From: Chiloscyllium plagiosum | Lineage: Eukaryota | DNA: 64,000 nt | Assembly: GCF_004010195.1 (NCBI RefSeq) | Contig: NC_057711.1 | Location: 70,725,018-70,789,017, forward strand | Reading direction: 5' to 3' | In this document: positions 1-13,539 of the stretch, one piece after another | How positions within the stretch are numbered: the stretch's first letter is position 1 | Layout: each line of letters starts with the position of its first letter | Translations under genes and position numbers: made by a program | The notes under the pieces: generated by a model | Told to the model about the DNA's origin: nothing | Databases searched by the model: none | Seen by the model: only the letters and a program-made list of their open reading frames with translations

Positions 1-2110
1 TCATCTCTACAGTGACAACAGACTTTTATCAAAGGACTTTTTCCTTCTGTTTTTGCCCAGTGATTCGGGTGGTTGTCCTATGTGGGTATTTTGTTTTTAT
101 TTCATCAGTCTTCATCTTGAAACTAGGCTTCATCAGAAATTTGGTGTTCATATTTTTGAGGTTGAAAGAGGGACCTCTTGTCAGGGTAATGTATGAAACA
201 AAAAAAACAGTTCACTTGACTTCAACCAAATCAAGCTGCAATTTAAGAAAAAAAGGAAGGATTGATTTGGTCCCAACGTGTGGAAGGCAGGAATGTTCTA
301 TGTGCTTGGTGATAACTACAGAACAGTTACAAGTCAAGAATGAATTTTGTCTACACAGGAGCTGCTTTGAATAGATCTGTAGGAAATGCATAGTCAGGTA
401 TTTGGTCTGCCAACTGGAGGACTCAAGACATTATTATTACTGTCCTAACAAATGGAGAAACCTGAGAAAACAAACCACAAAAATATCAGAATTGTACATT
501 AACCCTTCATTTGTCTTAGTTGAAGACATCTGCACAGAATTTTCAGTATTAAATTTTATGCTATCTTTATCTGTCTTTTTGGAAGTCACTGTCTAGAGAT
601 ACTGTGGAAGGAGTGGATTGATTCAGCGGGTGGTATTTCATGGCTGTTGCACTATTACAGTATATACAACATGAGACAGCTGTAGACGTTCATGTGTACA
701 AACAATACTTGCTTTATTTACCTCCTAAAGGAGAAGCAGTGTAGTAGAAAGGGCAGCATGTGCTTATTGTCTGATATTATGACATGTTTGTAAAATGTAA
801 ACTGTGCTTCCTGGTGTATTGTTTGGACAGATTAATGCTGAATGTTCTGAGAGTTATTATAAATGAAGGAGGTAAGAGAGCATTCTGATCATGCCTTGAA
901 GTGTAGTGTGTGTTAAGACATGGAGTAAAGCTGTGATGATGAATGATGAGAGGCGCATCTTGGAGAAATTAATTAAGCCTAAATGGATTTTAGGCAAGCC
1001 TTGGCTAATTTTAATGCATCCTGTACAACCAGGGAACTTCGATGCTGTATATTTAATCCATAAAGTAGCTCTTTGATGGAAAGTTAAAATAAGAATGTGA
1101 AAGAAATTGGTCAGATAATATTGCCTTTTGCATTTAATAGCTGTGGCACCCAAACTGTGCAGTTGTATGTGAAACATTCCTTTCTTATTGTAATCACAGC
1201 TGTTCAAAGACGTTATGCTGGAGATGGGTCAGGTACTTTCCCAATAAACCCTTGAAGTGCCTGCATTTTGAACAAACCAGCTGTTCTATAAAACATCTCA
1301 TTCCGTTTTCCATCCTCTGATCAACAGTTTGTTTCCACAGACGTTTAAATACAATGTTGTGCAGTGTTTATCAACTGTTTTATACACTGTTTTTAGTTTC
1401 AATCTTGCGCTGAGTATTCTTAATTTTTTTTGAACAGCAATGTCAAGTTCTGGATTATGTCTGATGCAATGTATTAATTTACGATAATATGTTGCATGCA
1501 AACTTCTTAGCGTTTGTGTTAGAAAGACTGGAATACAAGGCAGAATATTTTAACATGAAACTGCAATCATAATGGCAGGGAACCACTTCTATGTCTGCAG
1601 TATTTGACCAAATCTTTTTTTCTTTAATAACATAATGTGTGTAAATAAGTACAGTATTATTTCTGTACCTCCATAAATTTGAACATCACTTTCAATTTAT
1701 TTTAATTGGTAGTTTTATTTTTGCCTGTACAGTGTGTACAACATGAAGTTGTCACAAATAGCAAAGAAAGTGTGTTGTATATTAATGTAATTATGGACTG
1801 TAATCTTTACAAATGAATCAGCCACCCTTCGTTGTCTGCAGCGAAGACCAGTGCATTTACACAAGCTTATTGGCGAGATTTCTAGTGCTGCATTTTATGC
1901 CTGGGAAGAAGTTTCTTTCTGCTGATACAGGCTGGTCTTGGTTATAAATCCAGCTGTGTTCAGTTTAGGCCAACAACTTTACGCAGTCACCGCTTTTCTG
2001 TCAATACTAATAAAGTGAACTCTGCCTGACTGTACAAGTGATGTAATACATCCCTGTTTCCCAATATGTAACTGAAAAAAATAAAAGTAGTTTTTTTTAA
2101 AAATTAGACT
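1..2110 (+). other. Probable distal 3' UTR of an upstream gene (CDS outside window)
   Basis: No recognisable repeats for ~2.3 kb, AT-rich, many TGTA motifs, a Pumilio-type TGTAAATA at 1640-1647, AATAAA at 2009-2014 and 2080-2085 followed by T/GT-rich sequence. No credible ORF. Confidence 0.5.
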
Positions 2111-2200
2111 GGCAATGTTGTTAATCGCAATATTTTATCTATTGTTGCATCTGACCATGCATGTCAGAAGCTCTCAAAAAAAAATTGTTGTGTGATTCAG
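2009..2200 (+). terminator. Candidate polyadenylation signals
   Basis: AATAAA at 2009-2014 and 2080-2085, nearby TGTA motifs, downstream T-run and TTGTTGTGTG. Confidence 0.4.
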
Positions 2201-2297
2201 TCAGTGTTCAGAATTTCATTGGGTATCACGTGTTAATACAATCATTCCTGCTTTACTGTTCGACATGTTGGTAAAATGAAATATGGCTTTCTTTTAA

Positions 2298-2372
2298 AGA
2301 TTAGATTAGATTCCCTACAGTATGGAAACAGACCCTTTGGCCCAACAAGTCCACACCAACCCTCCGAAGAGT
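2298..2372 (-). mobile_element. 5'-truncated 3' tail of HE1-type SINE
   Basis: (TTAGA)n-CCCTACAGTATGGAAACAGACCCTTTGGCCCAACAAGTCCACACCAACCCTCCGAAGAG is nearly identical to the tail of the SINE at 14012-14327. Confidence 0.85.
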
Positions 2373-2494
2373 ATTGAAATTAATCTGTTTTAGGTGTCAG
2401 TTGTCTTATACACATCTGTACATTTGCTATATGTCTAATTTTTTGAAAAACAAGGTAAAATTGTAACACAACAGAGCCTGTTTTTCACCAGCAA

Positions 2495-2645
2495 AAATTT
2501 TTCTTTATTCTTGTCGGATTGTTGGCATCACTGGCTGAGCCAGTACTTATTACCCATCTCTAATTTCCTTTTAAACGCGCTCTTCTTCAACACTGCATTC
2601 CATTTGGTGTAGGGATATCCACAATGCAATTTGAGAGGAAGTGAT
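2495..2645 (-). mobile_element. 3' tail fragment of LINE family A (CR1-group)
   Basis: Reverse complement resembles the 3' end of the LINE at 29280-31635. Confidence 0.6.
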
Positions 2646-4114
2646 ATTTGACATTTTTTAATGCAATATTTTGTAACAAAAGTGCTACATTCTTAAAAAA
2701 GACACAACTTTAGAATAAGCTTTTTTTGGGCATTAGTGAGGTTTAAGGTGAGAAGCAGAACTGAAAGGTGAAATGTTTAAGGAGTAGTTTCAGAGAAGAT
2801 GCACAAAATCACTAGAAAAATGGCAAATGTGTGACCAGCTAAAAAACAAAGCACTGAGAGGAATTATTTTCAAAGATACAATAACAAATCATATGACTGA
2901 GCAGGATACTAAAATTAAAATATGAGCCAAGAAGTAAGTAGAAAAATAGTTTGGAAGTGTTGCACAAAAGACTTTAAACAATGTATTTTACTCATATAAG
3001 AAACATTTAATATTTCTTAGATCTATTAAAATATTTTTTGATATGCAGTGTTAAGAAGACCACTCTCTTCAGTAGTTGGGAATAAAACCAGTAAGACTGT
3101 ATATTTGAGATCAGAAGCATTTGAGGCTGAATGTTCCTCATTGTTGCTAGGTTAATATGCATTGGTTTCTGCTTTGTTAAACTTCCACTGTTGGCTTATT
3201 ATCTTGCACAGATTACTTTGGAATCTATCACTCAAGTTGATTTTTCAGAAATTGTTCATTTGCATTAATTACAGTGTGGTATGTTTTGAACATAATTCTT
3301 TAGGTAATATGCAAGTTAATTACACACCCAGTGATGCACAGAAAGGATTGACAGCGGTAAGTCCATTTAAACTCCAGTAACTGAAGGTCTTCTGTTGCAC
3401 AGTGATCTTAATAAATGTTTGCAGAATAAATGAAAAGCAAAAAATATTATGACACTGCTTACTATAAAGAAATTTGGTTGATTTTGTTTTACATGTTTTG
3501 AAAATTATGTTCTGGTATAAGACAACAAACATTTATTTTGTATATAAATTGGACAATCTAGGTGAGTAAATCTTTAGTTTTTGATGGATTGAACAAGTTT
3601 CAACAGACAAAAAAAATTTACTGACAAAAAGTGCTTTCTGATCAAACACTTTCCCAATTTTCACTATCAATTCATATCTCCGACTGACATTTATTGCCAG
3701 ATGAACTATTTTAAAAATCCATTTTCCATTTGACGTGCATTTTACATTGTGTTGTTCAAGGTTTATATTACATTACAGTGTAAATCACAGATCTACAAAA
3801 AAGGTGGGGTAATAGCGTGGGTTACAGATAAGTGTTTTTAAATTCATTAAAACTTAAGCTAAAGGATGATGTCTGTGAATTTCTGTGTTGGTTTAATATC
3901 AAATTAGGCGGATTGTTGGATATCATTTTCATTGATTAGTTTGTGATACTGTGATAAGTGAAGACGACACCAAAGATATTGCACATTCATATTTTAACAT
4001 TCTATTTTGAAGGATCGTTTTTGTTTAAATTGATTGGTGTTCAGAGAGGTTTGAAGTCACGCAGTAATTGTATGAATTAATATGGAATGTATGCTTTCTG
4101 AATATGTAAGTTCA

Positions 4115-4165
4115 AATAAAAAAACGGATGTTTGGATGTTTGAATTGTCTTATGTTTTCCCTAGC
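4115..4165 (+). terminator. Possible distal poly(A) signal
   Basis: AATAAA at 4115-4120 followed by GT-rich GGATGTTTGGATGTTTGAATTGTCTTATGTTTT. Confidence 0.3.
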
Positions 4166-5489
4166 GCAGTCAGATTGCTTGAAAGTGTTTTCAATGATTG
4201 TGCATGATAAATCAGGTGATATTCAATTTTAAACAATATTATATTGTTATGCAGTGTACAGCATGCTAATCTGCTACTAAGGTGAAGATGCCCTTTAAAA
4301 GTGCCCTTAAAGTCCACAATTTACTTTGAGTCAACCATAAAAGTAGAAGAAAAAGTTGCAGATTTCAGTGAACAGAGCTTTTGTTTAGTATTTCTATGTA
4401 TTTATGACCTGTGCATTTGGTACATGACACCTTTCATTAATGTACTGATGATTTTTTTGTGATACTCATGGTGATTTGGCAGAATTGCTTATCTCAAGTA
4501 TCATGCAACATAATATCAGGGCAGCTAATTTATATTGATGATTAAATGAAATTAATGTTTTGTTATACAACATTAGTAGGATAATTAGTGATATTTTCAC
4601 CTTAAAAGGTTCTGTTACATTTTGCAAATTGACTCTGCTTTCTTTTATTTGCCTATATGGTTAAATTGAGCTCACTTCTTTTAAAAGCACAAAATTTCGA
4701 AGATGTTTACCTGGAAGATGCCCCAAACTGCAAGATGATGATGCAATGAGTGTGAATATAGTTAACTTAACTTTAGGAAGTTTGTTTTGGGCTATGAGAG
4801 CACTGAGAAGGAGTGGTGTAATGTGGTAGGAGCAGAGTGATTTAGCTGTGAAAGATGTTGGATGCAGAATGGGGTGGAAATAGGCCTTGGAGAATGAAAG
4901 TTAGATCTTGTTTTTTTATGTGACTAAAACAGAATCACAAAAAAAGTTGAGAGAGGTTAAGAGTGTATTCTGGGTGTGGATCCGGTGATACTGGAATGTC
5001 GAGAGATTGTTCATGCTTAATCACCAGGGTAAGGTGGTTTTTAGACCTGTGAAAATGAGAAAAGGTGAGGTGATCACAATGGTTTTGAAATATATCAGCA
5101 CTGGAAGCGCAGTCTGTGATGCAAGGTGTGTTACAGAAATGGGAGGAAGAGCTATTGGCTTATGAAAATTTGGAACTGGCTGACGGCATCAAGTAACTAT
5201 GGCAGTTGACATTCTGAATGGGATCTAACAAAATTAAACAGGGAGTCCAGAGCAAGAGAAGCTTGAACTTCCTCTGTGACGTTTGGGGAAACACCTCTTC
5301 TCATTCTGACCTGAAAGCAAAGTAAAATATTTATCCCTGAATGTCACTTTGCTTCGGATCTCTTTCTGAATAGAAGAAATTCCAGTATTGTCACTGTGCA
5401 GTGGACAGTTCAGATGGCGATTGGAGGCCGAAGGTTTCCCTCAGCCATTCTTCACTTTGGAGCACACCTCCTCTGAGTCAGAAGATTTT

Positions 5490-6160
5490 AAAATAATTCA
5501 TAAGATGTGTGTGTCAGTGGCTGTACCTGCATTTATCTTCCATCCTTAGTTGCCCTTGAGAGGATGATACTGAGCTGCCTTCTTGAACCATTGCAGTAAA
5601 TTTGCTGAAGGTAGATTCACAAAGCCATCAGGGAAGAAATTCCAGGATTTTGATCCAGTGATATTGAAGGAATGGTAATATATTTTCAAGTCAGGGTGAT
5701 AAGTAGCTTGGAGGAAAATATAGAGGTGGTGTTCCCACGTATCTGCTGCTCCTTGTTTTTCTAGATGATGATAAGTTGTGGGTTTGGAAGGTGCTGCCTA
5801 AGGATCTTTGGTGAATTTCTGCAATGCATCTTGTAAACAGAACTGAACATCGATGTTGGAGGGAGTGAACGGTTGTGGATGTGATGCCTGTCAAGTGGAC
5901 TGCTTTTTCGTGTATGGTGTCAAGCTTTTTGAGTATTAGTGGGGCTGCACTCATCCTGACAAGTGGGGAGTAATCCATCACATTCCTAACTTGTGTCTTG
6001 TACACAATGGACAGACCTGGGGAGTCAGCATGGCGAGTTATTCGTTGCAAGATTCTTAGCCTCTTAAGTGCTCTTGTCACCATGGTATTTATATAGTGAA
6101 TCCAATTCAATGTCTGGTCATTGGTAACCCCCATGATGTTAGCAGTGGGGGATTAATGAT
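5490..6160 (-). mobile_element. LINE family A 3' portion (RT C-terminus and 3' UTR), decayed
   Basis: ORF 5691..6134 (GVTNDQTLNWIHYINTMVTRALKRL...YKTQVRNVMDYSPLV) is a non-LTR RT C-terminal region. It is homologous to 31000-31635. Confidence 0.85.
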
Positions 6161-6164
6161 GGTT

Positions 6165-6380
6165 GAGAGTACAAGTTTCAATTCAAAGATCCAATGACAG
6201 TATCTTTTGTGACACTGGTGCAGAGCTAAAGCTGTGCAGTCTTTCAGGTTTTAAATACGGTTTCCACCTGCTCTCGGTTTCATTACATTGAAGAAAAATA
6301 GATGTTTTTTTATACTGACCAATATTTATCCCTCCATTAATATCACACCAAAAAATGATTATTTAGTTGTTATCACAGGT
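6165..6380 (+). mobile_element. Degenerate DeuSINE-type SINE body; head probably at ~5450-5487, split by the LINE
   Basis: Motifs CCAATATTTATCCCTC and GATTATTTAGTTGTTATCACA match the reverse complement of the SINEs at 11885-12730 and 26735-27152. Confidence 0.45.
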
Positions 6381-7193
6381 GGAAATGTTAAGATGCATTC
6401 TGGGCAAAACTGTATCATGGTGACGCCTAGCCCTCCCTCCACACACATACCCACTCACCCTCCATTTTCTGCCATCATCCCACTGGTTGGAGAGCCAGTG
6501 GCAAACCTACTGCATTCCCCATTTCCAGGATTACGGCCCATCAGGCAGCCATTGGCTGCCATTATGGTTTTCAAATACACCAGGGAAATTTACAACAGAC
6601 TTCCTAGTTTTGGGATGAATTTCCAGCCCCCAAGACTCGCTGCCAATCAGAAGCTAGCACTGCTGTCTAGACACTCTAGGAGTTGAAGACCTCTGCAGGG
6701 TTTTGGAAGGTCATGGGTTCTCCATCTCAAACTTCCAGCCCCATTATCAGTCTACCCTCACCTCTCAGCCTGCCCCTAGGACATGCATTAAATTCTCTCC
6801 GATGAGTGTCTTCCAAGTTCCAACTTTCACAAATCTCACATTAATAATTACAGAGAGCATTGGAAAGGAATCGGTGTGAGCATTTAAAAAAGATCAAATG
6901 TAATAAAATGATTATGGTTATTTGGACTATTTAGTTTGGGTTACAGGGATAGAGTCTGGGGTGATTCGATGGGCTGAATGCACTAAGAATTCTATGAATC
7001 TAATTGTTTTGAAGTCAAATACAAGTCCAGTTAAAAACTGTAGAATATAATTCATGAACTTTAATAACCCTCCATATTATAAATTAGCACTGATAATAGG
7101 CAGTGTGAAAAGCGTGTGTGTATAGACAATATCAAAAGTAGAATGCCTTGAAATTAAAACATTTGTTGGTGGAAGCAATTTCAATGAAAATGG

Positions 7194-7289
7194 AATATCC
7201 AACATTTATACTGAACAACATTGTAATATCCAACATTTATACTGAACAACATTGTAATATTCAACATTTATACTGAACAACATTGTAAT
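7194..7289. repeat. 31-bp tandem repeat, 3 copies
   Basis: AATATCCAACATTTATACTGAACAACATTGT at 7194-7224, 7225-7255 and 7256-7286, with one mismatch in copy 3. Confidence 0.95.
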
Positions 7290-9619
7290 CAGAACTTCTT
7301 AAGCATTTATAACAATTTTTCCTGTAATGTAAAATATTCCGTGCTTGCCTTTTTTTTTAACACACCTGTAGCTTACAGTGGTCATTGAACATGAGGACAA
7401 TTTTCCATCAGATTTTTAATTTGCTTCCGTGGAGCTCGGCAAATGAGAACAGTGGCCCTTGATGCGTTGTTGAAAATCACTAGATATTCAATAAAAGTAT
7501 TGGATGAATTGTAATTTTGCATGTAAAATATTAAAAGTGTGTTAAGTTCACAGTTAAATATAAATATTAAAGTTATTACAAATATATAATGGGTACTTCT
7601 GGTGTACGTTCCACTGTACTTTCCTTTGAAGCAATAGATTAGATCCCTCAGCTTTTGTAGTGTTGAAATATTACCTTAAGTTTGGAGCCTCTCGCGGCAA
7701 GTGGTGAAAGGTCAACTTGAATGTCAATCTAAAACAGTCTGTGTTATTGAAAATCTCAATTAATAATAGATGAAGTGATCACAACAGTATATTGAAGCTT
7801 CCAGAAATGCTTTTAATGTGCTCATTGCTGATAAGATTAACACATTAAACAATTTTCTATAAATCATCAATTGGATGCTTTTTGTTAGCTTGACTTAATA
7901 TCATTCTTTTTATTCCTAGACTGTAATACGAAAAGCAAAGAATCATTTGTTATTCTAACTTTGATTTATAGCCTAAAATTCATTTCATAGAAATGAAGGT
8001 TTACAAAGCCTTTGAAAAGCATGGTTGAAAGTTTAATTTAGGCTTTGTTATGCACACAGACATATGCACAGATATATCAACCAATGTTGAGTGTCTTAAC
8101 TCTCTGTAGGAGCATAGTGGAGCTACTGTTTAGAGGCAAGAGATCATCTTTAAGGAGAAACATCCTAAAAGCTTTGTGCAAAGATTTGCATGAAATATTG
8201 GCTGATTTATGGAATTGTTTGCACTATTTTCCATTGTTTAATATTTCACTTGAAAATAATAAAAACTAGAGTAATGGAAAATAATAATAATTTCAGTTTG
8301 TGTTACCATAATGATTTGAAAACCTATTTTGCATCATATTTGACACAATGTGTCCTTCCATATTGAGATTCAGTGAGTTAAGGTTTAAACACATTCCCCA
8401 ACATTGCACTGACCAATAGCTACAGATTGGGAAGATCTCTGGTTAAACCCATTGCCTGGGGATGGGGGTGAGGGTGAGGATTGGTGGACTACCAGTCACA
8501 TTCGCGTAAATGGATGCGAATCACAATGGACTGTTGTTGCCTCCTCATATTTTGAACAACAAGCCAGCATATCGATTGTCTGACATAATGAATCATCATT
8601 TACATGATCAATACTATGGTTTCTCATGAGTTGGTATATTCAGCAAAAGAGAGAAAAGCTGAAAGTGATACAAAAGCATTCTGCTTGTGTACAAGTACAC
8701 CTTTTAGAAAGTACATTGAGATGATGGCAGCTCATCAATTCATGTACTTCGAGCAAGTTAGAAGTGAACAAAGAATAAATATTAGGTGTAATACTGGTTT
8801 ATTTGGAATAGGAAATTTCATGCGGATTTACTTTTATCATATTTAAATTGCCAGATGGGAACTTTGTTTTTTTAACAGGGCAAATTATATTTATTTAATG
8901 TGACACTTAATATAAATCACGCTTTTGCATCTATTACAGATTAATATGCACCTTTGCCTCTGTCACTTTTGGCATTCTGACCTATATTGGACATTGAGAA
9001 TGCAATCAGATCTACTAAACTATGATGTTTGCAACAGGTTTTAGGTTAATTGTAATTCTATTTAGTGTAACTTTCCCAAAGGCCATGTCAACTGTTGCAG
9101 TGACAGAAATGAAAACCACAGAAGGGTTTGTTCAAAAATTGATGTAGCAGAAATGACTGAAGATTAGGTAAATCAGCACACCTTTCCTGTCTGTTCTGTT
9201 CATTTGAATGTCTTTTTTTTTAAATATTGCATTGCTTCATTCCCTGCTGTTTTCTGTCACTTAACATGAGATTAAATAAGCTAAGCTATCAACAAATATT
9301 CCAAAATCACCAGTTTAGTTCATTACTTCTGGTAAGAGAAAAACACACAAACTACTTCAGAGAGGCAAAAGTAAATTACTCAGGCAATCAGAAAACAGTG
9401 ATAATAGAATTTGAAAGATCAATCAAAGAGAACACTAAAGGAAACTCTGAACTTTCCTGAAATGACTCTGAACCTTTCAGAACTTATATGGAGAATTCAT
9501 CCTTTTACATTCCTTTTGATGAAATAATTTTGAGTATTTTAATGTGTGAAGACATTGGTTTTAAATTGAGCTAAAATTAGAATTTTCCTCTTATTCTATA
9601 TATAGAAGAGTTCCCACAG

Positions 9620-10490
9620 TGATTGTGAGAGAATAGCGATGTAGTTCCAAGTCAAGATGGTGTGAGGCTTGGAGGGGAAACTGCAGGTGGTGATGTTCCC
9701 ATGCATCTACTAATCTTGTCCTTATAGGTTATAGTAGGGGATTGAGTAAACTCAATAATGCCATCCAATGTCATGAGATGATGGGTGGATTCTCTCTTGT
9801 GTAGGTGATCATTGCCTGGCATTTGTGTGGCAGGAATGTTAGATTACACTTATCTGCCCACGATAAATGGAATCTGGACACAAATTGCATGACTAAGGAG
9901 CTGAGTGGTGGTGATTGTTTTGTAATTATCAGAAGTAAGGCTGTTTTCTGACCAAATGTAGCAAAGTTCATTGATGAAGCAACCGAAGATGTTTAGGCCA
10001 AGAAAACCTGAGAAACTTCCTGTAGCATGAAAACCTGTGTTGAGGTTGACCTCCAACAACAAATCTTTTTGTGCTCAGTGTGACTCCAACCAGCAGAGAG
10101 TTTTGCTGCACTGAGTGTCAATGAGCAGGTTTTGTTGAAACAAGTGCCACTTGATAGCACCGTTATTAACTGATAATTCAGATTAGACTTGGGTAGTAAT
10201 TGTCCTGCTTTTTATGAACAGAACATAACTGGGCAATTTTCCTTGTTGCCAAGTAAATGCCAATGTTGTAGGTAAATGCAACAGCTTTGCCAAAAGCATA
10301 GCTAATTCTGGAGCACACAAATCTTCAGAACAATTGCCATAATGTTGTAGGAGTCCATAGCACTGTGTTCTTTGATATCAGTTGGAGTGAAGCAAATTGG
10401 CTGAAGACTGACATCTGTGATAATGCTGATTTCTGGAAGAGGCCAAGGTGGATCTTCCACTTGCACTAATGGCTGGAGACTGTTGTGAAT
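9620..10490 (-). mobile_element. LINE family A ORF2 fragment, internally deleted
   Basis: ORF fragments such as WADKCNLTFLPHKCQAMIT. Nucleotide similarity to 29930-31450. Confidence 0.75.
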
Positions 10491-10659
10491 GCATGGATGT
10501 CAAATGTAATCAAGGGCTGTTTTCTTTTGATACTTCTCATTTGGAACTGTTCTCTTCTTTTGCTATATCTGCTATTTTCATGTTCTCTTCAAACTGGCAT
10601 TGTGCACTCTGCATACCTGTCTTGAAGAAGTTGAATTTGAAGCCGCAATTGTCTCGGGC

Positions 10660-11670
10660 ACAATCATTTTGAATGGCAGAGCAGATTCATGGAGCCAAAT
10701 GGTCGTCTCCTGCTCCCAAATCTTGTTTCTTGTGTTCATGGAATTCCTTCAAGATAATTTTCTGGAACAGTGTATCAACGGACGAAGTAGGGAACAGATT
10801 ATTTTAGATTTGGTGTTGTGCACGGAGACCGGACATAATTACGAGGTAAAGGAACCTCAGATTGCAACTCAATATATGATATTAGGCTGGAGGGTCACTT
10901 TGTTACCTTTGAAACTCAGATCTTGAGAAGAAAACAAACTACACATGTATGAAGGACAATTTAACGGAGGTAGATCAGGAAACATGATTAACAATTAGGT
11001 TGGTAAATAAGGCATGCAAAACATGTAATGAAAATTCATAATTCACAGCAAATGTACATTCGTTTAAGGAATTAAAACTCCTACAGGAAGAGTGGCCAAC
11101 TGTGGCTAATGAGAGAAGTTAATGATAGAAACAGATTAGAGAAAGAGGTTTATAATGTTGTTAACACAGGAATATGAATGAGCATTTGAGAGAATTTTAT
11201 AAATCAACATAGCAAAATTAGGAAGTTGATAAAGAATATAAAATATTCATAGACCAGCAAAAGACATGAAAGTAGATTATACATTCTACTGGTATATAAA
11301 TATGAAGAGATGACCAAAACTTAGTCTACTTTAATAGAGACAGGACAAGTTATAAAAGGGAATGTGAAAAAGAGAGCCATTAATCCAATACTTTGCAACT
11401 ATCGTCACAGTAGAAGCAAAAAACTTTCTGGAATAATTGAGAATCAAAGGTCCAGTGACATGAAACATTAGTAGAAATTAGTATTTGTCAAGAAATCTGA
11501 AGGAGTTATTAAGAATTAATGCCAATAAATTCTCTGGAGCTGGCATAGCCTACATCCTAGTTTTAGAAGAGGTAGCAGTAAAGATAATGGATACATTGAA
11601 AAGTCCTTCAATTCGAAGGCTTCTTGTGGATTGATACGTAGCAAATGTAATCTCACATTTCAAGAGAAAA
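10660..11670 (+). mobile_element. CR1 LINE fragments (short 3' tail followed by an endonuclease-tether segment)
   Basis: FLQDNFLEQCINGRSREQIILDLVLC is the APE 'LDL' motif. 10660-10740 resembles the CR1 3' UTRs elsewhere in the window. Confidence 0.75.
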
Positions 11671-11884
11671 TGGGAACTTTCAAAAGCCAGGCTTTCTCGA
11701 CCTTCTCAAGGTCATTTTTTCAAGCACAGCTGCAGTCTTGTTCCATTGAAAACTACCAGCCTTCCACCAGCGACACTTAGCCATTGGGACTGTTCAGAAC
11801 ACTTAGGCAGACAAAAGTACTCAGGACATAGTAATGCACAGGGCCGATAGGCATTAAATAAATTGAAAAGGTTGATTTTTAAAA

Positions 11885-12730
11885 ATGAATTGCATTACAT
11901 AGCACCTTCATGCCTCAAAGTGTTTTAAAGTCATTATAAAGCAATAAACATGGTAACCAAATTTACACTCTGCAAAATCCCACACACAGCAATTTGATAG
12001 TGACCAAACATTTTTTTTTAAATTATGAAGAAGGGACAATCATGAGCCAATACGGTGAGGATGACTTCCCTGCTCTTCTTTGAAGTATTACTGTGGGATT
12101 CTTTACATCAATAGGTCATGCAGTTGAAAAATGGCACCAATGATGAGGGACTTGTCATTTGAGGAGCAGTTGAGGACTGAGTCTGTATTAAATGGAGTTT
12201 TAGAAGTTTGAGGAGTAGATCTAATTGAAACTTACATAATACTGAGGGCTTGGATAGATTAGATGTGGAGAAGATATTTCCACTAGTGTAAAGATTAGGA
12301 CCCGGGGGCACAGCCTCAAAGTGATGGAATGACACTTTAGAATTGAGGGAAGGAAGAATTTCTTCAGCCAGAGGGTGGAGAAACAGTGGAACCCATTGCT
12401 GCAGAGGGCTGTGGAGGCCAAGTCATTCAGTGTATTTAAGACAGAGATAGATTCTTGATTGGTATGGGGATCTTGGATTAAGGAGAGGAGGCAGGTAAAT
12501 GGGGTTGAGAAACCTATCAGCCATGATCAAATGGCACAGCGGACTGGATGAGCCAAATGGGATCATTTTGCTCCCACATCATATGATCTTAGGATTAATG
12601 CAGCACACCATCAGTATGAAATTGAAATATCAGCCTTGATTTTTGTGCCCAAATCTTGGAATGGCACGTAAACACTCAATCTTGTAGCTCAGAGGTGAAA
12701 ATGCCACTAACTGAGCCATGGCTGACACAG
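11885..12730 (-). mobile_element. DeuSINE-type (SacSINE1-like) SINE interrupted by a CR1 fragment
   Basis: Deu-domain-like CCCTGCTCTTCTTTGAAGTATTACTGTGGGATTCTTTACATC at ~12068-12110. tRNA-like head (reverse complement of CTCAGAGGTGAAAATGCCACTAACTGAGCCATGGCTGAC) at ~12690-12728. Confidence 0.6.
12130..12595 (+). mobile_element. CR1 LINE 3' end
   Basis: Typical ORF2 C-terminus (DLIETY...GLDRLDVEKIFPLV) and 3' UTR, homologous to other CR1 ends in the window. Confidence 0.85.
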
Positions 12731-13104
12731 AACTTAGTTGGTGCTTGAATGCCATGTGGTAATGCTTAATTTAGAAATTTGCATTGGAACATTTATTTTG
12801 TGTTGAGTTTTTGTTTTGTATTGTGTTCTCTCAGGTGTTGTGTTGTTCAGTAACAAACGGAAAGTAAGGTGTGGAGCTATTGGTGGCTGTTTTGGTTACC
12901 TCTTCATCCTCCTTTTCCTGCTCATCTCACTATCAGATAACATAATAGCACGATTGTGCAATAAACAGCAGAATATCACAAATCTTGTGGTGCGCTCTGC
13001 TAACTATGTCAGGCACATTGCAGAGCAGACCACACTGCTGAAGCATTGTTTTAAACCCTCCAATGTTCTGCTCAATCATACTTTGTGTGACAGTATGACG
13101 TCCT

Positions 13105-13440
13105 CACCCTTTCATGGGATGTGGACATCGCTGGTTGGACCAGCATTTGTTAATCCCTAGTTATTCCTGAGAAAGTGGTGATGAGCTGTCTTTGTGAACT
13201 ACTGCAATCCATTTGCTGTAAGTAGAACCACATTGCTGTCAGGCAGGATGTTTCAGGTTTTGTCCCAATGAAAGTGAAAGAATTGTGATTTGCTTTCGAG
13301 ACAGGACGTATGTGACTTGAAAGGACCTTGCCATATGTGTTGCCATATGTCAGCTGCCTTAGTTCTTTCCGGGTGTTGGAGTTGGCAGATTGGAAGGTGC
13401 TGTCAAAAGTTTTAGTGAATTTTAGTTTCCTACAAGAACA
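13105..13440 (-). mobile_element. LINE family A 3' tail
   Basis: TTCATGGGATGTGGACATCGCTGG...CAGCATTTG is the reverse complement of the tail at ~31560-31630. Confidence 0.75.
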
Positions 13441-13539
13441 AAGATTAATAATAAAGTCTGGTATAAAACTTTGTTCTCCTCCAATCAAAATTAATTAAAT
13501 AATTTGGGCATAAGTGTCTAGTATTCCACAACTGTTTAG

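Noticed and set aside
12..374. 120-aa ORF at the window start
   Set aside because: Non-ATG start, no recognisable domain, UTR-like composition.
7194..7289. 31-bp repeats as a CRISPR-like array
   Set aside because: Head-to-tail with no spacers, in a vertebrate context. It is a simple minisatellite.
12816..13160. 114-aa hydrophobic ORF after an acceptor-like site
   Set aside because: No recognisable homology, and it runs into a LINE tail.
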